The notes under the pieces: model-generated
Told to the model about the DNA's origin: nothing
The model's input: only the letters and a program-made list of their open reading frames with translations
Databases searched by the model: none
NCBI GenBank assembly: GCA_951406725.2
Contig: OX597818.1
Location: 64,604,001 to 64,668,000, forward strand
Reading direction: 5' to 3'
Source: Octopus vulgaris
Taxonomy: Eukaryota
Length of the DNA stretch: 64,000 bases
Made by a program: the position numbers and the translations under genes
Shown: positions 57,806 through 64,000 of the stretch, in pieces
How positions within the stretch are numbered: the stretch's first letter is position 1
Layout: every line of letters begins with the position of its first letter

Positions 57806-57891
57806 TATATTGTATAGAGGGCATTATTACACATAAATGCCTCACACTAGGAGGGACAAAGTCATTACTACCAAAATTATACTAATCATAC
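57806..57891 (-). repeat. Inverted copy of the first ~85 bp of the tandem unit, forming a hairpin with 57897-57981
   Basis: TATATTGTATAGAGGGCATTATTACACATAAATGCCTCACACTAGGAGGGACAAAGTCATTACTACCAAAATTATACTAATCATAC is the reverse complement of the unit start. The spacer is 5 nt (TATGG). Confidence 0.96.
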
Positions 57892-58274
57892 TATGGGTAT
57901 GATTAGTATAATTTTGGTAGTAATGACTTTGTCCCTCTAGTGTGAGGCATTTATGTGTAATAATGCCCTCTATACAATATAGATATAATTAATTTGTTCA
58001 AAAGAAAAAAATTATTTTCGGATTCTTTTCTTTTATGAGGTTTTCACGCTAGCTACCCGATAATTTCTTGTTAAGATCCCTTATTAAGAGATTATCCTTA
58101 ATTGTTAAACTTATTCCGAAATACTTTTCATTACCCGACATGCAGTTCGTAAAAAGCCCGCCATTTACCGGATATATGATTTATAAACATTCCATGTGCT
58201 TGGCCGGAGTGAGCAGTTGTCTGTTCGTCTTCGCTACGTAAGGTTGGTAGTTTATTTATGATGTGTTCAGAATC

Positions 58275-58332
58275 AGTTCTGCTGACGATCATTAGACGTA
58301 AGTTGAATGTGAAATCACGGTGATACAGAACT
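58275..58332 (+). ncRNA. Type I hammerhead, array unit 1
   Basis: AGTTCTG-CTGACGA-T-CATT-A-GAC-GTAA-GTT-G-AATG-T-GAA-ATCAC-G-GTGAT-A-CAGAACT: 7-bp stem I, canonical core, GNRA-capped stem II, AUA triplet, predicted cut after 58325. Confidence 0.85.
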
Positions 58333-58755
58333 AAATTCATTTTTTTAAATGTCTTGCTTTGAAAAACTGCATTTGGGTATGATTAGTATAATTTTGGTAG
58401 TAATGACTTTGTCCCTCCTAGTGTGAGGCATTTATGTGTAATAATGCCCTCTATACAATATAGATATAATTAATTTGTTCAAAAGAAAAAAATTATTTTC
58501 GGATTCTTTTCTTTTATGAGGTTTTCACGCTAGCTACCCGATAATTTCTTGTTAAGATCCCTTATTAAGAGATTATCCTTAATTGTTAAACTTATTCCGA
58601 AATACTTTTCATTACCCGATATGCAGTTCGTAAAAAGCCCGCCATTTACCGGATATATGATTTATAAACATTCCATGTGCTTGGCCGGAGTGAGCAGTTG
58701 TCTGTTCGTCTTCGCTACGTAAGGTTGGTAGTTTATTTATGATGTGTTCAGAATC

Positions 58756-58813
58756 AGTTCTGCTGACGATCATTAGACGTAAGTTGAATGTGAAATCACT
58801 GTGATACAGAACT
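58756..58813 (+). ncRNA. Type I hammerhead, array unit 2
   Basis: Same motif; the stem III central base is T (ATCAC-T-GTGAT). Confidence 0.85.
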
Positions 58814-59235
58814 AAATTAATTTTTTAAATGTCTTGCTTTGAAAAACTGCATTTGGGTATGATTAGTATAATTTTGGTAGTAATGACTTTGTCCCTCCTA
58901 GTGTGAGGCATTTATGTGTAATAATGCCCTCTATACAATATAGATATAATTAATTTGTTCAAAAGAAAAAAATTATTTTCGGATTCTTTTCTTTTATGAG
59001 GTTTTCACGCTAGCTACCCGATAATTTCTTGTTAAGATCCCTTATTAAGAGATTATCCTTAATTGTTAAACTTATTCCGAAATACTTTTCATTACCCGAC
59101 ATGCAGTTCGTAAAAAGCCCGCCATTTACCGGATATATGATTTATAAACATTCCATGTGCTTGGCCGGAGTGAGCAGTTGTCTGTTCGTCTTCGCTACGT
59201 AAGGTTGGTAGTTTATTTATGATGTGTTCAGAATC

Positions 59236-59293
59236 AGTTCTGCTGACGATCATTAGACGTAAGTTGAATGTGAAATCACTGTGATACAGAACT
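59236..59293 (+). ncRNA. Type I hammerhead, array unit 3
   Basis: Same motif; the stem III central base is T. Confidence 0.85.
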
Positions 59294-59715
59294 AAATTCA
59301 TTTTTTAAATGTCTTGCTTTGAAAAACTGCATTTGGGTATGATTAGTATAATTTTGGTAGTAATGACTTTGTCCCTCCTAGTGTGAGGCATTTATGTGTA
59401 ATAATGCCCTCTATACAATATAGATATAATTAATTTGTTCAAAAGAAAAAAATTATTTTCGGATTCTTTTCTTTTATGAGGTTTTCACGCTAGCTACCCG
59501 ATAATTTCTTGTTAAGATCCCTTATTAAGAGATTATCCTTAATTGTTAAACTTATTCCGAAATACTTTTCATTACCCGACATGCAGTTCGTAAAAAGCCC
59601 GCCATTTACCGGATATATGATTTATAAACATTCCATGTGCTTGGCCGGAGTGAGCAGTTGTCTGTTCGTCTTCGCTACGTAAGGTTGGTAGTTTATTTAT
59701 GATGTGTTCAGAATC

Positions 59716-59773
59716 AGTTCTGCTGACGATCATTAGACGTAAGTTGAATGTGAAATCACGGTGATACAGAACT
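59716..59773 (+). ncRNA. Type I hammerhead, array unit 4
   Basis: Same motif as unit 1. Confidence 0.85.
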
Positions 59774-60195
59774 AAATTCATTTTTTAAATGTCTTGCTTT
59801 GAAAAACTGCATTTGGGTATGATTATTATAATTTTGGTAGTAATGACTTTGTCCCTCCTAGTGTGAGGCATTTATGTGTAATAATGCCCTCTATACAATA
59901 TAGATATAATTAATTTGTTCAAAAGAAAAAAATTATTTTCGGATTCTTTTCTTTTATGAGGTTTTCACGCTAGCTACCCGATAATTTCTTGTTAAGATCC
60001 CTTATTAAGAGATTATCCTTAATTGTTAAACTTATTCCGAAATACTTTTCATTACCCGACATGCAGTTCGTAAAAAGCCCGCCATTTACCGGATATATGA
60101 TTTATAAACATCCCATGTGCTTGGCCGGAGTGAGCAGTTGTCTGTTCGTCTTCGCTACGTAAGGTTGGTAGTTTATTTATGATGTGTTCAGAATC

Positions 60196-60253
60196 AGTTC
60201 TGCTGACGATCATTAGACGTAAGTTGAATGTGAAATCACGGTGATACAGAACT
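60196..60253 (+). ncRNA. Type I hammerhead, array unit 5
   Basis: Same motif as unit 1. Confidence 0.85.
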
Positions 60254-60674
60254 AAATTAATTTTTAAATGTCTTGCTTTGAAAAACTGCATTTGGGTATG
60301 ATTAGTATAATTTTGGTAGTAATGACTTTGTCCCTCCTAGTGTGAGGCATTTATGTGTAATAATGCCCTCTATACAATATAGATATAATTAATTTGTTCA
60401 AAAGAAAAAAATTATTTTCGGATTCTTTTCTTTTATGAGGTTTTCACGCTAGCTACCCGATAATTTCTTGTTAAGATCCCTTATTAAGAGATTATCCTTA
60501 ATTGTTAAACTTATTCCGAAATACTTTTCATTACCCGACATGCAGTTCGTAAAAAGCCCGCCATTTACCGGATATATGATTTATAAACATTCCATGTGCT
60601 TGGCCGGAGTGAGCAGTTGTCTGTTCGTCTTCGCTACGTAAGGTTGGTAGTTTATTTATGATGTGTTCAGAATC

Positions 60675-60732
60675 AGTTCTGCTGACGATCATTAGACGTA
60701 AGTTGAATGTGAAATCACGGTGATACAGAACT
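60675..60732 (+). ncRNA. Type I hammerhead, array unit 6
   Basis: Same motif as unit 1. Confidence 0.85.
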
Positions 60733-61154
60733 AAATTCATTTTTTAAATGTCTTGCTTTGAAAAACTGCATTTGGGTATGATTATTATAATTTTGGTAGT
60801 AATGACTTTGTCCCTCCTAGTGTGAGGCATTTATGTGTAATAATGCCCTCTATACAATATAGATATAATTAATTTGTTCAAAAGAAAAAAATTATTTTCG
60901 GATTCTTTTCTTTTATGAGGTTTTCACGCTAGCTACCCGATAATTTCTTGTTAAGATCCCTTATTAAGAGATTATCCTTAATTGTTAAACTTATTCCGAA
61001 ATACTTTTCATTACCCGACAGGCAGTTCGTAAAAAGCCCGCCATTTACCGGATATATGATTTATAAACATTCCATGTGCTTGGCCGGAGTGAGCAGTTGT
61101 CTGTTCGTCTTCGCTACGTAAGGTTGGTAGTTTATTTATGATGTGTTCAGAATC

Positions 61155-61212
61155 AGTTCTGCTGACGATCATTAGACGTAAGTTCAATGTGAAATCACGG
61201 TGATACAGAACT
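61155..61212 (+). ncRNA. Type I hammerhead, array unit 7
   Basis: Same motif, with G>C at the unpaired stem II mismatch (GTT-C-AATG). Confidence 0.85.
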
Positions 61213-61553
61213 AAATTCATTTTTTAAATGTCTTGCTTTGAAAAACTGCATTTGGGTATGATTATTATAATTTTGGTAGTAATGACTTTGTCCCTCCTAG
61301 TGTGAGGCATTTATGTGTAATAATGCCCTCTATACAATATAGATATAATTAATTTGTTCAAAAGAAAAAATTATTTTCGGATTCTTTTCTTTTATGAGGT
61401 TTTCACGCTAGCTACCCGATAATTTCTTGTTAAGATCCCTTATTAAGAGATTATCCTTAATTGTTAAATATATATATATATATAGATATAGATATGTATG
61501 TATATATAATATATATATATATATATTCACATATACACACTAATATCTACACT

Positions 61554-61606
<53 letters not shown>

Positions 61607-62159
61607 CACACGGTCGCACAAACGTTCTATCTTGCACCCAACTATCGTTAATATTTTTTATTGGACGACGAAATTCATCGATTTAAGAGATATAGTTAAG
61701 TAGAAATTATGTCCATCTTTTAGAAAAAATCCGATTTAAGAGATATAGCTGTTATTTCTAGCACCTGCACAAGACAGAAGACAGAAGTCATGGATGAATA
61801 ACACGTGTGTGTGTGTGCTGTTTACTCAGCAAATGAATTTAGCGCAAATGCTGGGATTTCATTGGTTAAAATTGGAAGAATTAAACTACGTAAAAGTTAC
61901 AAAATACAATTTTCTCAAAAAAACTAATTGGAATTAATGTTTTCTTTTGACACATGCTACCAGTAAACGAAGTTTCAAATTATTTAGTTACGTAGAAATT
62001 CTGTCCGTCTTTTAGAAAAGATCCAGATTTCGAGCCACTTTCATCTAAATATTATGTTTATGCGCATGTTCCTAACGCTTTGTAGGTGTGTGTCTGTATA
62101 TGTGTTTACGTATATATTTTCACAATATATTGACCGCGGTATATTTGTATATCTGCATC

Positions 62160-62335
62160 TATCAATTTCCATGACAGGGAAAGCTGATATGATATTCCTG
62201 CTCAGAGGCTGATAAATAGTTGCAGAGAGTGTATGGTGAAGAGTGTATGAGCCACACACAGGTGTGCGAGTGGTTCAGCCGTTTTCAAGATGGCCGAAAG
62301 AATATCGATATTGACGAAGTTCTCAGAGACCCGCA
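62160..62335 (+). pseudogene. Mariner transposase N-terminal HTH fragment
   Basis: RVYGEECMSHTQVCEWFSRFQDGRKNIDIDEVLRDP matches the mariner pattern VYG...LS...V.EW..RF..G....D.D.R.GRP. Confidence 0.78.
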
Positions 62336-63614
62336 ACCAGGAAAACTGAGAAAAACATAGAAAGAGGAGGGGTAAAGAAAAGAAAAGAAAAATACAAAAT
62401 AAATGAGAAGTATATAACGATATGTAAATTAAATAAAACCGTAAAGTCTTGAAAAAATATATATCTAGTGAATGCAAAATGTAAGAAGAAAATTAATGTT
62501 TAAATTACATATAGTCATATATACGGCTTATATCAGCTAAAAGTGTGTTTCTGCTAATGTTCAAATCCGTATGTACGCACTATAACCGTGTTTCCAAGGG
62601 GATTTTTAGAAGAAAAGAATAAAAGATTTTCATAATTACAGAGAAGACAGAATTCCTTGCATTTAACATAAGGGATCGAAATTGACAGAATCAACCGATC
62701 GAAATTAAATTCTTTATTGTGGTGTTTAAGATACCAAATTAATTTAGTAAGCTCTGTACTGTTACGTTTATTCCTATCCTTAAATGTACAGCAATGATTA
62801 GAAAGTCATTTACGTAACTTAGAAGATGAACTGCCTATATAAAAAATAGATTTTACCTGAAGTAATTTTACACTGGTATATAGAATTTTTAACATAGTAG
62901 ATTTGATGTATTAGTAGGTAATATAGTAGATTTGATGTATTATATTCAATAAGCCAGCGTTTGAATTATCGTTGACATATATATATATCTTCTCTAATAA
63001 ACAATATATAGTACTGATTTATGTCTGCTAATTATTTTCTATCTATATCAGATACGTGAAGGCGTGTCGCCCAATGGTTGGGGTGCCAAATTATTTTGAA
63101 TAGGTAGAAAAAATGTTCGCTTTGAAAGTAAACTGGCAAAAGCGTTATGAGCATCTAGACACACCAAGATACACGGGACCCAATTCACTGTCCGTTATTT
63201 CTAGAAGATGGATGTATGTGTTATGGAGGATATGGATATAATTAATTTGAAATGAGAGAATATCTCTCGATCGTCTTCTCTATTGGATGTTGTGATACAT
63301 CATTGGTCACTATGCGCTTACGAATGCTGTCACGCCGCTGGCTAGGCGACGAGCTGGTCAGCATTTGCTGTGAAAGCAAGGCTAGACCGTCGCTTGGTTA
63401 CCTGTTTACAGCCGAGTGAACTGGAGGGACGTGAAATGGAGGTTTTCGCTCGAGAACACGACACTCCGCTCTGTCCTAGAATCGAAGACACGATCAAGAG
63501 ATCGCACACATGCGCATACATGAATATAGAAAAGCACATGCACATACACACACATATCTAGTCCGCCTAACTTTCTTTCTCTCTTCCTCTCTCTCCCGCT
63601 CCCTTTGCACACAC

Positions 63615-63649
<35 letters not shown>

Positions 63650-63652
<3 letters not shown>

Positions 63653-63836
63653 AGAGTTTACGAAAAAAACAAAAGACAAAGACAGGTGGTGTACAAAACA
63701 AAGAGATGTATTAATATAACGCCCAGGAATAGTAAAAATCTTTTACGTTTCGAGCCTACGCTCTTCTACAGAAAGGGACACAGAAAAAACAAGGAGAGAA
63801 ACAAGGAGAGAAAAAAAGTAGTGGCTAACGATCTAT
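63650..63836 (-). mobile_element. pLTR-like family P copy 4, best-preserved variant hammerhead at 63740-63775
   Basis: Reverse complement: GATCGTTAGCCACTAC...CTTT-CTGTAGA-A-GAGC-GTAG-GCTC-GAAAC-GTA-AAAG...CTCCC(TA)n. Bounded by (TA)n and (GATA)n. Confidence 0.8.
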
Positions 63837-63837
63837 C

Positions 63838-63888
<51 letters not shown>

Positions 63889-63899
63889 CAGACATACAG

Positions 63900-63952
<53 letters not shown>

Positions 63953-63969
63953 GATAGATAGATAGATAT

Positions 63970-64000
<31 letters not shown>

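Larger units (their letters stand above)
57895..61468 (+). mobile_element. Tandem array of ~7.4 x 480-bp units with one hammerhead per full unit (retrozyme-like)
   Basis: Unit starts (GGGTATGATTA) at 57895, 58375, 58855, 59335, 59815, 60294, 60774 and 61254 (partial). Units differ at only a few positions, and (TA)-rich tracts flank both sides. Confidence 0.92.

Noticed and set aside
58131-61220. Repeated 69-aa minus-strand ORF (MNLVLYHRDF...)
   Set aside because: It is antisense to the hammerhead, the ATG is lost in units 2 and 5, and it has no recognisable domain.
57895-61468. CRISPR array, or 5S/tRNA/snRNA gene cluster, as explanation of the array
   Set aside because: There are no unique spacers, the context is eukaryotic, and I recognise no 5S, tRNA or snRNA sequence in the unit.

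Overview
AT-rich, microsatellite-saturated animal DNA with no intact protein-coding gene that I can support. Nearly all ORF-track entries are translated (TA)n, (CA)n, (GA)n, (GATA)n or (AGT/GGT)n repeats. The dispersed tRNA-derived SINE families look like those of Octopus, so the source is probably a cephalopod (inference). The window holds many SINE copies from three families, a decayed CR1/L2-type LINE, three mariner transposase relics, a decayed Penelope-like element (PLE; RT + GIY-YIG) and several inverted repeats. The main result is a dense set of hammerhead ribozyme (HHR) motifs, 14 by my reading. (1) A near-identical tandem array of ~7.4 x 480-bp units at 57895-61468 carries one type I HHR per full unit, starts with an ~86-bp inverted copy and sits between (TA)n tracts, like a non-LTR retrozyme or PLE-mobilised circular-RNA element. 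(2) Four dispersed copies of a pLTR-like family carry a minimal HHR with a consistently non-canonical core, CUGUNGA instead of CUGANGA. (3) Three solitary HHRs have canonical cores, and one ends at its predicted cleavage site where it abuts a truncated mariner. All folds were read by eye; catalytic activity is untested.
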